Notes: a model not told the origin generated them from the sequence alone. DNA of 64,000 bases from Acidobacteriota bacterium (GCA_040005235.1 JBDTZG010000015.1:1-64000); one strand, 5' to 3'. Counted from the stretch's first letter, positions 46,952 to 56,808 are shown. Numbers and translations are program-made.

Positions 46952-49890
46952 AGCGGCTCCTCCGCGGCTTCGGCCGACAAGACCGGTGCCGTCGTCGGTG
47001 CTTCGGGCTCGTCTCCGAGCGCCCAGAGGGCGAGCAGGACGAGCAGCGACCCTTCGACCGCATCCGAAAGTGAGGAGGCGGCAAGGAAGTAGATGTTCTT
47101 GCCGGTGAACAGCAGCAGCTCGACGTTGGCCGACAGCATGTAGAGGGCGGCGAGCGAGAGGGTCCAGAGCAGCATCAGCCCCCAAGCGGCGCGCGGCGCG
47201 AGCGCGGAAAGATCGGGCGCCGCGGGCGCTCCGGCGACCGAAGCGGCGAGCCAGCCGCAGAACAGCAGCAGCAGAGCGAGCGCACCGACCCAGCCGAACG
47301 GCCCCAGCAGATGCACCGCGGAGAGGTTGTCGTTCAAATGGGTGGCGGTAAGCGGCGCAGAGAGCGGCACCGCCAGATAGCCGCGCCCGAACGGACCGCG
47401 CGCGGCGTAGGCGCGTAGGTTTTCCATCACGGTCAAGAATCCTTCGGCCTCGGTCGTGCCGACGCGTTTCAGTTCCTCCGGCGCGAGCCGGCTCCAGAAA
47501 CGCAGGTCGTTTCTTTTGACCGCCACCTTCTTTTCGATCAGCTCCTCTGCCTTCGCCGGGTCTTCGCGCGCCTCGGCATAGGTCGGCAGCGGACGCCAGT
47601 TCGGAATCGCCGGCAGCAGGACATAAAACAGCACGGCGAGCGCGAGCGGCAGAAACAAAAGGCTGGTGCGCACGCTCGGCCGCTCGAAGAACGGCAGCGC
47701 GAACAGGAGAATCGGCGGCAGCGAGAAGATCAAGATCGAGCCCAGATCGCGGGCGAGAAACGGCACCGCGGCAAAGAACACGCCGAGCAGCACCCAGAAG
47801 CTCGCGACGCCGCGCCAGCGCTCCCGCTCGCGCCAGGCGAACGCCATCGCGAGCAGCGCCCATGGCACGTAGAGAATGCTCACCGCAAACCGGGGGCCGA
47901 GATCGATCCGCTCCTTCCAGCCTAGGCCATACAGGGTCAAGAGCCGCCAGGCCAGCAGGCTACCGCCGACCCAGAGGAGAGCCCGGAACGCTTTTCCTCC
48001 CTCCCACGCCGCGGCGGCGATCGGCCGCGCGAGTCGCGGCAGCAGCCAGAGACCGCACGCGGTGGGCAGGGCGAGCGCGAGACTCAGGACCAGACCGATC
48101 GACAGCGGATCGACCCCGGCGCGGGCTAGGGCAATCGTCGCGGCCGAGAGGGCCACGACGGCGTAGGCGATTCCAGCGGCGCCTCCCAACCGGCCGATGC
48201 GGTCGGCGGTCCCGTCGCCCTCTCGCCGCGCGGCGAGTCGGAGCGCGGTCTGGACCGCGAACGGGGCGAGCGCGAGGGTGGCGAGCGCCGCCCACGCCGA
48301 CGCCGAGGAGGCGGGATCGAGGTACGCCCCTTCGTAGGCAATCAGGGCGCGGAACGCCAGCAGCGTCTCCATGCCGGTAAGGACGACGAACGGCAATAAC
48401 CGGCGGCGCAGCGGCGCTCCGGCCAGTGCGGAAGCGAGCGCCAGGGCGGCCGCGAGCGGCAGGGCACCCCACGGAACGCCGAGCCGGGCGACGCGCACGA
48501 TCGCCGCCGAATCCTCGCCGAGCGGAAACGCCGAGCCGAGCGGATAGGTTCGCGCCCCGGAGTGGGTGGTTACTTTGAGCGGCTCCGCGGCTCCCGAGCC
48601 CGCGGGCGGCTCGATTCGGCTAAACAGCTCGGCGCCGAGCGGATCGCCTAAGGCCGCGAACGACAGCAGCATCTCGCCCGCTCCGGCGTAGAGCGCGAAA
48701 CGTTCGGGCGCGAGCGACAAGAGCGCCTTGCCGCCGTCCGCCCGGGCGCGGCGGCGCAACTCGGCCAGATCGCTCTGCTCGATCTGTACAAAGGTCGGCG
48801 TGTCGAAATCGAGCCGCAGAAATCCGCCGCGCTCGTAGGTGGCGCGAAAGCTTCGGCGCTCCTGCACGCGGCTCGCCGGATGGAGCCGCTCGCCGCCGCT
48901 TAAACCCGCGAGAAGATGAGCCAGAAACCCTTTCGGTTCCGCTTCGGGAGGGGCGGCTTCCTCGAAATCGATCCGGTAGAGCGCGAGGCGAAGGGTCTCC
49001 CCCCGGCGTAGCGTCGCAACCGTCGAGCGGAACTCCTTCGGCGGACCCTCTTTCGGCACCACCCGGACTCCCGGCTCGGAGAGCGCCAAGAACACGTCGC
49101 GCCGAAAGTAGCCGCCGCCGCGGTAGGCGAAGCCGCCGAGCGGCCGGCCGCCCGCCCCAATCACCGGCCGGGAGGGATCGGCCGCGGCGTAGTCGCGCAG
49201 CGGGAAGATCGCCAGCTCCGGCGACAGCTCGCGGCCGATTCCGAATCCGAGCGGTCCCTGGCGGGTGGGGAGGCTCGGCCGTTGTCTTCCGGGGCCTTCG
49301 GGTCCTCCAGGGCCTCCGGGGCTTCCGGGAGCAGCGAGACCCGGCCGGCCCGCTTCGAAGACCAGCGGCTCGACACCCGGGACCTCGACGGTGTCTCCGT
49401 CATGAAGCTGGACGGAGTTCCAGAACGGCTCGGTTGCGCAGGGCCAGAGTCGGCAGATCCAGGCCCGAGTCCCTTGCGCCCGCAATGCACCGAACGCGAG
49501 CCGCGGTGGACCGCCGTCCTCATCGGCGGGCGGGCCGGCGTCGGGATGGAGATCGATCCGGATCTCGCCGCCCTGCGAAGCGAACGTGAGGAATCCCGGC
49601 GGCAGCCCGGGGACCACCAGGGCGTCCTGCTCTTTGTCCCCGCCCACCCGTACGGTCCGCGGCGTGGTCGGATCGAACCGGAAGCGCAACCCTTCGAGCG
49701 ACACCCGAAGGTCGCCGAAATGGGCCTGCGCCGCGAGCAACACCCCCGCGAGCAGGATCGGGGGCACCGCGGCGGCGAGCGCCTGAAGCACCGGGCCGAT
49801 CGGCTCGCCCTGGCGCGCGAGGCGAGCCGCCAGCACCCAAAGGGTCAGCAGCAGCGCAATCGAAACGGCGAAGACGACCGAGGAGAGCAT
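46948..49890 (-). CDS. Giant divergent SEDS (FtsW/RodA-like) protein with large soluble N-terminal insert
   Basis: RDLGS, GPFGRGY, HLNDNLSAV (equivalent to HTDF), FTGKNIYFL (equivalent to TGVPLPF); many TMs. Confidence 0.72.
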   Translation of the reverse strand: MLSSVVFAVSIALLLTLWVLAARLARQGEPIGPVLQALAAAVPPILLAGVLLAAQAHFGDLRVSLEGLRFRFDPTTPRTVRVGGDKEQDALVVPGLPPGFLTFASQGGEIRIDLHPDAGPPADEDGGPPRLAFGALRAQGTRAWICRLWPCATEPFWNSVQLHDGDTVEVPGVEPLVFEAGRPGLAAPGSPGGPGGPEGPGRQRPSLPTRQGPLGFGIGRELSPELAIFPLRDYAAADPSRPVIGAGGRPLGGFAYRGGGYFRRDVFLALSEPGVRVVPKEGPPKEFRSTVATLRRGETLRLALYRIDFEEAAPPEAEPKGFLAHLLAGLSGGERLHPASRVQERRSFRATYERGGFLRLDFDTPTFVQIEQSDLAELRRRARADGGKALLSLAPERFALYAGAGEMLLSFAALGDPLGAELFSRIEPPAGSGAAEPLKVTTHSGARTYPLGSAFPLGEDSAAIVRVARLGVPWGALPLAAALALASALAGAPLRRRLLPFVVLTGMETLLAFRALIAYEGAYLDPASSASAWAALATLALAPFAVQTALRLAARREGDGTADRIGRLGGAAGIAYAVVALSAATIALARAGVDPLSIGLVLSLALALPTACGLWLLPRLARPIAAAAWEGGKAFRALLWVGGSLLAWRLLTLYGLGWKERIDLGPRFAVSILYVPWALLAMAFAWRERERWRGVASFWVLLGVFFAAVPFLARDLGSILIFSLPPILLFALPFFERPSVRTSLLFLPLALAVLFYVLLPAIPNWRPLPTYAEAREDPAKAEELIEKKVAVKRNDLRFWSRLAPEELKRVGTTEAEGFLTVMENLRAYAARGPFGRGYLAVPLSAPLTATHLNDNLSAVHLLGPFGWVGALALLLLFCGWLAASVAGAPAAPDLSALAPRAAWGLMLLWTLSLAALYMLSANVELLLFTGKNIYFLAASSLSDAVEGSLLVLLALWALGDEPEAPTTAPVLSAEAAEEPL

Positions 49891-49905
49891 GGCGAGGAAG
49901 GGAGC

Positions 49906-51888
49906 CTATCTCGCCGGACGGCCGCGCCGAGCGTCGCGCGACCGTCCCGCTGCGTAGGCGCTCTCAAACGCTCGCCGATGGGCGGCGACCAGGCTCCGCG
50001 CGAAGAGCGGCGCCGCGAGGAACGTCAAAACGAGGGCCAGCTCCAACCCCCAGGACCAGACGGTGCGCAAAAACCAGCCGATCTCGCCCAACAGGCCACC
50101 GCGCGCCAGGTGTCTCACCCCGGAGGGGAACGCCCGATCGTCCGAGACAAAGCGTCGGATCGCTCGCGCTTTCTGCGGTTCGGCAGAGGCGAGAAGAGCG
50201 GCACGGGCAAGCGCCCGGCCGCCCAATGCGGCCATCATGTCGGCGCGCCACGCGACGAAGAAGTCGCGCGAGATCCCTTTGAGCGAGAGCGCCCGGGCGT
50301 ATTCCTGCTCGAACGCGGAAAGCTCCCCTTTCCGCAGCAGGCTCCGCCAGAGGTGAAGGAACAGCCAGTCGTCGAGAGCCGATTCGGCGGTCGGCGTAAA
50401 ACCCGCTCCGACCGGCTTGAACTCGACCGGTCGCACGCCGCCGGGCAGCTCGATCTCCCGTTCGGGCGGGTAGAGCTTGCGGAACAAGGCGCGCGGCAGG
50501 CTCGGCTCGCCCCGCGCGGGGGCTCCGCCGCGCGGGCTGGAGCCGGCGAGCACGGCGCAAGCCGCGGCGAGCCGGTCGAGCCGGTCGCCGTCCGCGGGCG
50601 GCAGGGCCGCGGCGTTTTCCTGGGCCTGGCGCAGGAAGCTCGCCGCCTGCTGGAATTCGCCGAGCTGCGCGAGCAGGGCACCGAGGTTATAGAGAAGGTA
50701 GGGATCGTCGAGGCTCGCGGTCGGGTTTTCTGCCGTCCAATCGATAGCGTTCGAGAGCGCCCAGAGCAGGTTCTCCTCGTCCCAGGCCTTGGCGTCCCCG
50801 CGGTAGAACCGGTCGAAACGGTCGCGGAACAGCCGATCGAACGGCGCGGCCGACCGTGTCAAGCTGCGGCAGAAACCGCGGTCGCGGTAGCTCTTCTCGT
50901 CGCGACTGCTCTTGGGAAAGGGATTGCACGAGATCGCCGTCGGCCGGTCCTCGCTACGGTGAAACCCGGGGCTCGCGAGGTACCCGCCGATCAGGTCGCT
51001 CGCGAGCGCTCCGGACGACAGGCCGGTGGGCGCGAGCGGGAAGACCTGGAGCGCCCCAGCGACCTGAGGAAACGCCGCCGGGCACTCGTCGGTCGCGTTG
51101 TAAAGATCGACCAGCGCCCAGGAGAGGGCCTTAATCGCGGCATCGCGCGCCCCGGCGGCGCCAGCCGCATCTTTGATACCCGCTCCCGCCGGATCTCCTT
51201 CGCCCGCGGCTGCCGCAACCCGAAGCTGGGCGTGGCCCAGCGCGTAGCGGGTGTGGAGGCTCGCTTCGTAGAGCGTCGTCCGGCCGCAGCCCCCGGAGGC
51301 CGCGCGGATCGCCCGGTCGACCCTCTTTCTGGCACTCTCCAACTCGCGCACGGCGGCCCGCGCGTTGCCGCGCCGCAGGTAGAGGACGCCCCGGTCGTAA
51401 TCGATCAGCCACGAGTCGGGCTGACTCCGGCGCGCCAGCCCAAGCGCGTCGATGCCGCGATCGATCCGCTGCTCCAGGGCATCCGGATCTTCGGCCGCGC
51501 CGTCCTCCGCCGGATCGGGAAGCGAACGAACCTCGGCGAGAGCGGTTTCGAGCGCGGTTCGCGCCTCGCCGCTCGGCGGCCGGAGCGCCGGAGCTTCCGG
51601 GATTTCGCTCCACGGCAGGACGCGCGCGGCGAGCACCGGCTCCTTGATCCGAAACTCGCGCTCGATCCGCCCGCGTTCGGTGGGGGTCGTGCCCGGAAAA
51701 TCGGACCAAGGCCAGGCGAGGCTGGTCGCCAGCGGCGACGGGTTGCCGTCGAGCCGGAGCGCCCGGCCGGAAAGGAAGGCGCGGAGCCCGAAGAAGCCGG
51801 CCGCAGAGAGCGCCATTACGATCAGGGCGACCGTCCAGGCGTACGTCGCGGCGCGCGCCTGCACCTTGGCGAAACGGTCGTCGCTCAA
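49906..51888 (-). CDS. Membrane-anchored TPR-like helical protein
   Basis: TMs at both ends; YDRGVLYL, YALGHAQL, LYNLGALL TPR-like helices; TTG overlaps the GTPase stop. Confidence 0.65.
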   Translation of the reverse strand: MSDDRFAKVQARAATYAWTVALIVMALSAAGFFGLRAFLSGRALRLDGNPSPLATSLAWPWSDFPGTTPTERGRIEREFRIKEPVLAARVLPWSEIPEAPALRPPSGEARTALETALAEVRSLPDPAEDGAAEDPDALEQRIDRGIDALGLARRSQPDSWLIDYDRGVLYLRRGNARAAVRELESARKRVDRAIRAASGGCGRTTLYEASLHTRYALGHAQLRVAAAAGEGDPAGAGIKDAAGAAGARDAAIKALSWALVDLYNATDECPAAFPQVAGALQVFPLAPTGLSSGALASDLIGGYLASPGFHRSEDRPTAISCNPFPKSSRDEKSYRDRGFCRSLTRSAAPFDRLFRDRFDRFYRGDAKAWDEENLLWALSNAIDWTAENPTASLDDPYLLYNLGALLAQLGEFQQAASFLRQAQENAAALPPADGDRLDRLAAACAVLAGSSPRGGAPARGEPSLPRALFRKLYPPEREIELPGGVRPVEFKPVGAGFTPTAESALDDWLFLHLWRSLLRKGELSAFEQEYARALSLKGISRDFFVAWRADMMAALGGRALARAALLASAEPQKARAIRRFVSDDRAFPSGVRHLARGGLLGEIGWFLRTVWSWGLELALVLTFLAAPLFARSLVAAHRRAFESAYAAGRSRDARRGRPAR

Positions 51889-53048
51889 CCCTGTGCTCCC
51901 CTCGCCGGAGAGACCGCGGCGTCCACCCGGCGCCGCAGCCAGAGCGGCCACGAGGTATCGAGATCGCCGGCCAGCCGGGCGCTCCAAACGCCGCGCCGCG
52001 CATCGAGCTGGCGGTCGAGCCAATCGAACATCTCGACCACGCCGTAATGCGGCAGCCCATAGTCCACCCGGCCGTCGAGCCCCTCGTGGCCGAAGAACGA
52101 GCTGATGAAATCGAAACGGTAGCGGGCGAAGCGGTTCTCGATCGCCGAGCCCAGCACCGGCGCACCGGCAAGTCCGAACGAGAGCGGATCGTCCAGCGGT
52201 TCGAGGGTCTCCAATCGATCGGCCTGGGAGAGCGCCACGAACAGCGGCTCGGACATTTTCGTCCCGGGCAGGGCGCGAATCTTTCGCAGCTCGTCCTTCG
52301 AGATCCCTTCGGCGAGAAACCCCTTGGGACCGAGCCGCGCGAGCCCGGCCTTGGCGATGCGGATGGCGTCGATGATGTCGTAGAACGACTCGGAGAGGGC
52401 GGCCACCTTCGCCCGCTCGGCGGCGGTGCCGCCCGCCGCTCGTGCCAGGTGCTCCGCTTCGATCACGAACACGTAGGCGCTCGCGCAAGCCAGCGCGGTG
52501 AGATAGGAGCGCACGCCGATCCCGGACAGGCTCGCCCGGGTCGACTGCTCGTCGAACGCACGCTGGAAACTCTCCCCCGAGCAGTCCACCAGCACGTAGG
52601 GGCTTCCCGTGCCACGCCGCGCCGGGTTCGCCTCGGTGAGCCACAGGCCTTCCGGGGTGATCTCGATCGTCTCCTGTTTCCTCGGATGCGTCGTCCACCG
52701 CCCGGCCCGCGGCAGTGCCTCGCGCAGCCGATTGATCAGAAAGGTCTTGCCGCTCGCGCCGAAACCGATCACGGTGACGATCCGGCGGCTCTCGCCGTAG
52801 GCGGTGAAGGTCTCCAGGTGATTGGGGTCGAGGGCTTCGTCCTCCCCGTCGGCCTCGCCCGCCGGTTCCGGCGCGGGGGAGGGCGCCGACCGCGGCGGAA
52901 GAGGAGGAACGACGACCGCCCGCGTCGCCGCCGCCACGCTCGGGCCGGGCATGGGCGCCGGCCGGGCGAGGCCCAAGGCCGCACCGCAGTGCTGGCAGAC
53001 CTCGGTCCCCGCGGAGTTCAGCGTGCCGCACTGCGGACAAGTGATCAT
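51885..53048 (-). CDS. Zinc-ribbon TRAFAC GTPase (double-GTPase/DO-GTPase-like)
   Basis: CPQC..CQHC; GFGASGKT (G1), T (G2), DCSGE (G3), SQAD (G4 variant), ISS (G5). Confidence 0.75.
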   Translation of the reverse strand: MITCPQCGTLNSAGTEVCQHCGAALGLARPAPMPGPSVAAATRAVVVPPLPPRSAPSPAPEPAGEADGEDEALDPNHLETFTAYGESRRIVTVIGFGASGKTFLINRLREALPRAGRWTTHPRKQETIEITPEGLWLTEANPARRGTGSPYVLVDCSGESFQRAFDEQSTRASLSGIGVRSYLTALACASAYVFVIEAEHLARAAGGTAAERAKVAALSESFYDIIDAIRIAKAGLARLGPKGFLAEGISKDELRKIRALPGTKMSEPLFVALSQADRLETLEPLDDPLSFGLAGAPVLGSAIENRFARYRFDFISSFFGHEGLDGRVDYGLPHYGVVEMFDWLDRQLDARRGVWSARLAGDLDTSWPLWLRRRVDAAVSPARGAQG

Positions 53049-53088
53049 CGATCCCTCCGATTCGATCCCATCAAACGAAACCGCAAAC

Positions 53089-55194
53089 TCAAGCGAACCG
53101 TCCCCCCTGCGCCGCGCGCGGTGCAAGAGCCTCCAGCCAGATCAACACCGGCCAGCCCGCTCCGCGCGGCGCGGATTCTCTCGCATCCCGGCACGCCTGC
53201 GCACGAATCGCCGCCAGCTCGCGCGGTTCGAAAGAAGGAAGCGGGCCGAATCTCCCGGGCAGCCGCGCCGCCGCGCGGGCCGCCGGAGCCGTAAGCCCCG
53301 CCGGGTGGGCGCGCAGAAGCTCCATCAGGGCGGAGCGGAAAGGAGCGCCGTTCACCTCCGGCCGGCCGGCCGCCGCGCGAACCAAAGCGAGCGCGCCGCG
53401 GGCCAGCTCCGGGCTTGGCCCCCCGGCAACGCTTTCTCCCAGCTTCTCGGCCGAACGGGAAGCCAACCGCTCCGCAAGCCGCGCCCGCTCGGGGTTGCGC
53501 TCCAGATCCCAGCCGTCGCCCCCTTCGAACGCGAAGCGGAGCCCGCGCGCGGCATTGGCCAGAAACGATTCGAGCGCCGGATCGGGCAGGCCCGCGAGCC
53601 TTTCGCGATCGAGCAGTTGGGGAAAGCTCGCCGCCAGCTCCCGCACCAGAGGCAGAAGCTCTCCCGGGGGCATCTCTTCGAGCAGTCCCTCCTGCCCGGC
53701 GAGCCGGGCGGCGAGCGCGGCGGGAACCCGCGTGTCGAGCCACGGCAGCAGCCACTTCAGATAGGAGCGGAACCAAGCGCGGCGCTCGGCGGGCGCCTCC
53801 GAGGGCGCCGCACGCTCGATCGCCGCGAGCGCCGGGTTGAGCGGCACGTCGTTCGGCAGGTGGGCGAGAAGAGCCATGATGGCCGAGAGGGCGCCGCCGT
53901 CCAGCTCCCGCCAGCGGGAGAACGCGAGCGCCAGGAACGGCAGGGCGAAACCGGGCGCTTGCACGAGAAGCTCCTCAAGCCAAGACGCGAGATCGCGATC
54001 GGCCGGACCGAAGATCGCGCGAAGCGGCGCCGTGTCGTCCGCCGAAAGCGCCACCGAGATCTCGGCCGTGACCGCGGGCAGCCCTCCACCGGAGCGCAGC
54101 TCATCGATCAATTCCGCGGCCGGCGCCTGCGCCAAAGTCCTGCCGCATTCCACCAACAGCGCCGCCGGATCGCCCGCGAGAAGCGCCGCCGCCGCGCTCT
54201 GTTCGAGGCCTTGGGCCAAGACTCCGAGCAGTTGGCCCCCCAGGCGGGGCAGGCCGGCGTTGGCCGGATGGCGCGCGATCTCCAGAACCTGCTCGGTCGC
54301 CTGTTTCGAAGCGCCGTTTCGGGCGCGCGCACGGCGCGGCCCGGGCTCGGGAAGCGTCTCCAACAGGCGAACTTGAACGACGGCGCGGTCCGGATCGCGC
54401 AAAAGCGACAAGCCGGACACCGGCTCGACCCGTCCTCTCGCCGCCGCGAGCCACACCGCGATCGGTCCGTCGCCCGCCACAGGAAGCGGACGGACCGCGC
54501 CGCGTAGATAGCGCTCGGCAAGCGGCCGATCTTCCGGAACGAAAGCGGAGAATCGGTACGGCAAAGCCCGCGGTTGGCAAAAGCGGCTGCAGAAGGCGAA
54601 GCTCGTCCGGTCGTCCGGCGGCAGGGTGGAGAGCAAGGCACGGCAGAGAGAAAGGGCGAGCGAGCCCTCCGCCACTTGCACGGCGAGCGGGCCCAGGGTG
54701 AGCGCGGCGAGCAGCGGCGCCAGGTTTTCGAGCGCAATCTCTCCCGAGACGTCCGCACCGCAGACCCGACGCGACGCGAGCTCCCAACGCCTCAGGTCGA
54801 GATCCGGGGCCGGTAGCTCCTCTCCGTCGGGTTTGCTTTCTGCGAACAGCCCCGCGTCGGCGAGCAGGAAAAGATCGCCACGCAGGGTCTGGAGCAGGGC
54901 CGGCGACAGGATCAACGCGTGAACCAGATAGTCGTTGCCCCGTCCGCCCCGTCCGAGGACGACCGCCCGCGCGAAAGCGTGCCGGCCGCCCCGCGGGTCG
55001 AGCGGGAAGGCCGAATAGAACGGCTCGACCTGCTCTCCGGTGAGCGCGGTGCCTCCCAGGTTCGCGTGCTGTTCGATCAGGTCGCGATCGGCGCGGGCGA
55101 CCCCGGGCGAGACCGCCAGGATGCGGTAGTCGCGGTCGCCGGAACGGGAACCGTAGATCGCCTGTTCGAGGCGGAAGTCGGCGGAAGTGCTCAC
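53089..55194 (-). CDS. GAP1-N2-like (GTPase-associated protein 1) domain protein with helical C-terminus
   Basis: EQAIYGS..DYRILAVSPG...GRGNDYLVHALIL matches the GAP1-N pattern; adjacent to the GTPase. Confidence 0.65.
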   Translation of the reverse strand: MSTSADFRLEQAIYGSRSGDRDYRILAVSPGVARADRDLIEQHANLGGTALTGEQVEPFYSAFPLDPRGGRHAFARAVVLGRGGRGNDYLVHALILSPALLQTLRGDLFLLADAGLFAESKPDGEELPAPDLDLRRWELASRRVCGADVSGEIALENLAPLLAALTLGPLAVQVAEGSLALSLCRALLSTLPPDDRTSFAFCSRFCQPRALPYRFSAFVPEDRPLAERYLRGAVRPLPVAGDGPIAVWLAAARGRVEPVSGLSLLRDPDRAVVQVRLLETLPEPGPRRARARNGASKQATEQVLEIARHPANAGLPRLGGQLLGVLAQGLEQSAAAALLAGDPAALLVECGRTLAQAPAAELIDELRSGGGLPAVTAEISVALSADDTAPLRAIFGPADRDLASWLEELLVQAPGFALPFLALAFSRWRELDGGALSAIMALLAHLPNDVPLNPALAAIERAAPSEAPAERRAWFRSYLKWLLPWLDTRVPAALAARLAGQEGLLEEMPPGELLPLVRELAASFPQLLDRERLAGLPDPALESFLANAARGLRFAFEGGDGWDLERNPERARLAERLASRSAEKLGESVAGGPSPELARGALALVRAAAGRPEVNGAPFRSALMELLRAHPAGLTAPAARAAARLPGRFGPLPSFEPRELAAIRAQACRDARESAPRGAGWPVLIWLEALAPRAAQGGRFA

Positions 55195-55202
55195 CGTTCG
55201 CG

Positions 55203-56306
55203 CTAGCCCTCGGGCGCCAGGCGGGCGATCTCGCCCAGCGCCGCGTAAGAAAGGGCGAGATAGGCCTCGACCGGACTTGCAGCTTCAAAGGCCAGACCCT
55301 TCGCCCCCAGGCAGGAGGAAACGGCCCGCAGCACGGTGAAGGTCGTCGGGCCGGTCAACCCGTCCGGTTTGAAGCGGGAGAGCTGGACCGCGCCAAGATC
55401 GGCGTTGGCGCACCAGGTGAGCCCCGAGCTTCCCTTCCGGAGCAGGAGGTTTTTAGCAAGCGTCTGCGCGGCGAATACGGCGGCGTTCGGAGTGAGCGGC
55501 GCCTTCGAGGCGAGCGGATACTCCCGGCGGACGCAGGCATCGAAATCGCCCGCCAGATCGCCGTCGAACCGTCCAGCCCGCTGTTCCAGTTTTTCGCGCG
55601 TCGCCTGGGGGAAAAAGCAGTCGAGCTGCGCCTGCGCCGACGACGCGGCCAGCGGCGAAGCGGCGGCGAGACTATTTTGGGCGGAACGGATCTCGCGCAG
55701 CCAGATCGCGTCGAGCACGCCGGCCGCGGGAGAGGCGTCGTCGGTCGCGGCGGGATCGTCCGACCTCTCCCCTTCGAACGCCGTACCCGCCGCCTGTCCG
55801 GCGGAATCGCCCAATTCGTCGCCTCGCCGCGAAGCCGACCGTTCCCCGGAGCGCGGGTGGTATCTATCCACCGCGAACCAAACGGCCGAAGCCACGACCA
55901 GAAGCAAGCAGCCGCCGAGCAGCCAAGGGATCCAAACCTGCTCGCGGAACCGGCGCGGCAGCCAGCTGCCTTCTTCGCGCCGCTCGCCCCAACCCGCGGT
56001 TTTCCCGCTCGCCACCGGCTTCGGGCCGCGTTCACCCCTAAGGAGGTCCTCATCCTGTCCGGCACGGGCGCCCGATCCGAGCGTCCGTCGCGGACCCTCT
56101 CCCTCTTCCTTAAGCGCCCGCTTCTGTGCCCCCACCTGTTCGCGGACCGCCTTGGCGACCGCGCTCTCCAGCTTGCGGCGAAACTCCGGTTTCTCCAGCT
56201 CCTCGGACATGACCCGGCGCACGACGGCCGCCAGCTCGCGTTCGAGCGCCCGCGCATCGTCCTCGTAGACCCCGGACTCCGAATCGTCCATTCCGCGTTG
56301 GCTCAT
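55203..56306 (-). CDS. Single-TM protein with coiled-coil N-terminus and possible peptidoglycan-binding C-terminus
   Basis: TM WLLGGCLLLVVASAVWF; AAQTL...KPDGLTGPTT resembles PG_binding_1. Confidence 0.6.
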   Translation of the reverse strand: MSQRGMDDSESGVYEDDARALERELAAVVRRVMSEELEKPEFRRKLESAVAKAVREQVGAQKRALKEEGEGPRRTLGSGARAGQDEDLLRGERGPKPVASGKTAGWGERREEGSWLPRRFREQVWIPWLLGGCLLLVVASAVWFAVDRYHPRSGERSASRRGDELGDSAGQAAGTAFEGERSDDPAATDDASPAAGVLDAIWLREIRSAQNSLAAASPLAASSAQAQLDCFFPQATREKLEQRAGRFDGDLAGDFDACVRREYPLASKAPLTPNAAVFAAQTLAKNLLLRKGSSGLTWCANADLGAVQLSRFKPDGLTGPTTFTVLRAVSSCLGAKGLAFEAASPVEAYLALSYAALGEIARLAPEG

Positions 56307-56369
56307 AGGAGGTGCTTAAGATTACCTCACGAAACCCGCTGCGTCGCCAGAACGGTCACAGGTCCGCGG

Positions 56370-56448
56370 GCGCGCCGAGGCGCACTCGGCTCTGATTCGC
56401 CGTCATGACGATCTTTACTACGTGCTCGACCGGCCGGAAGTGTCAGAC
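56370..56448 (+). pseudogene. Partial copy 1 of the ligA 5' region
   Basis: 74/79 identity to 60916-60994. Confidence 0.9.
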
Positions 56449-56808
56449 AACCCGTTTGAACGGCTGGATCGGCCGCCGTCGGCGCCTAGCTCTCTAGTCG
56501 GCGGCCCCAGGGTTCGAGCTATCATGGGGGCGCCATGGCTCTCCCCGGCCAAACCGAGTACCGGTAGGGGGAAAGCGTACGCCGCAAACCGCTGTTCGCG
56601 CTTCAGCAACTTCGTGGCGGAGTCCGAAGATCGATCAGCGGAAAGCCCAAAGTAGTGTTCCGGAGGAAAACGCCGGAGCGTCTGCCCGGAGCGCGGGTTG
56701 CCCGGTGCCGGACGCCGGTGCCATGGGCCAGCTCACCGATGAGCCGACCCACAACACTTGTGCGCCGGGCCACGGCACCAGTGAGCCGAACCGTGACACC
56801 AGTGGTGC

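Noticed and set aside
49906-53040. 1044-aa fusion ORF, and similar N-terminal extensions (44117..47863, 26814..28505, 30352..32028, 5159..6688)
   Set aside because: The extensions overlap upstream genes in another frame; coupled starts at the upstream stop codons explain the true proteins.
43711-56306. Canonical dcw/mre cluster or type VI secretion locus
   Set aside because: No mur, ftsQAZ, mreBCD or tss core genes; the SEDS and PBP are highly divergent and oversized.
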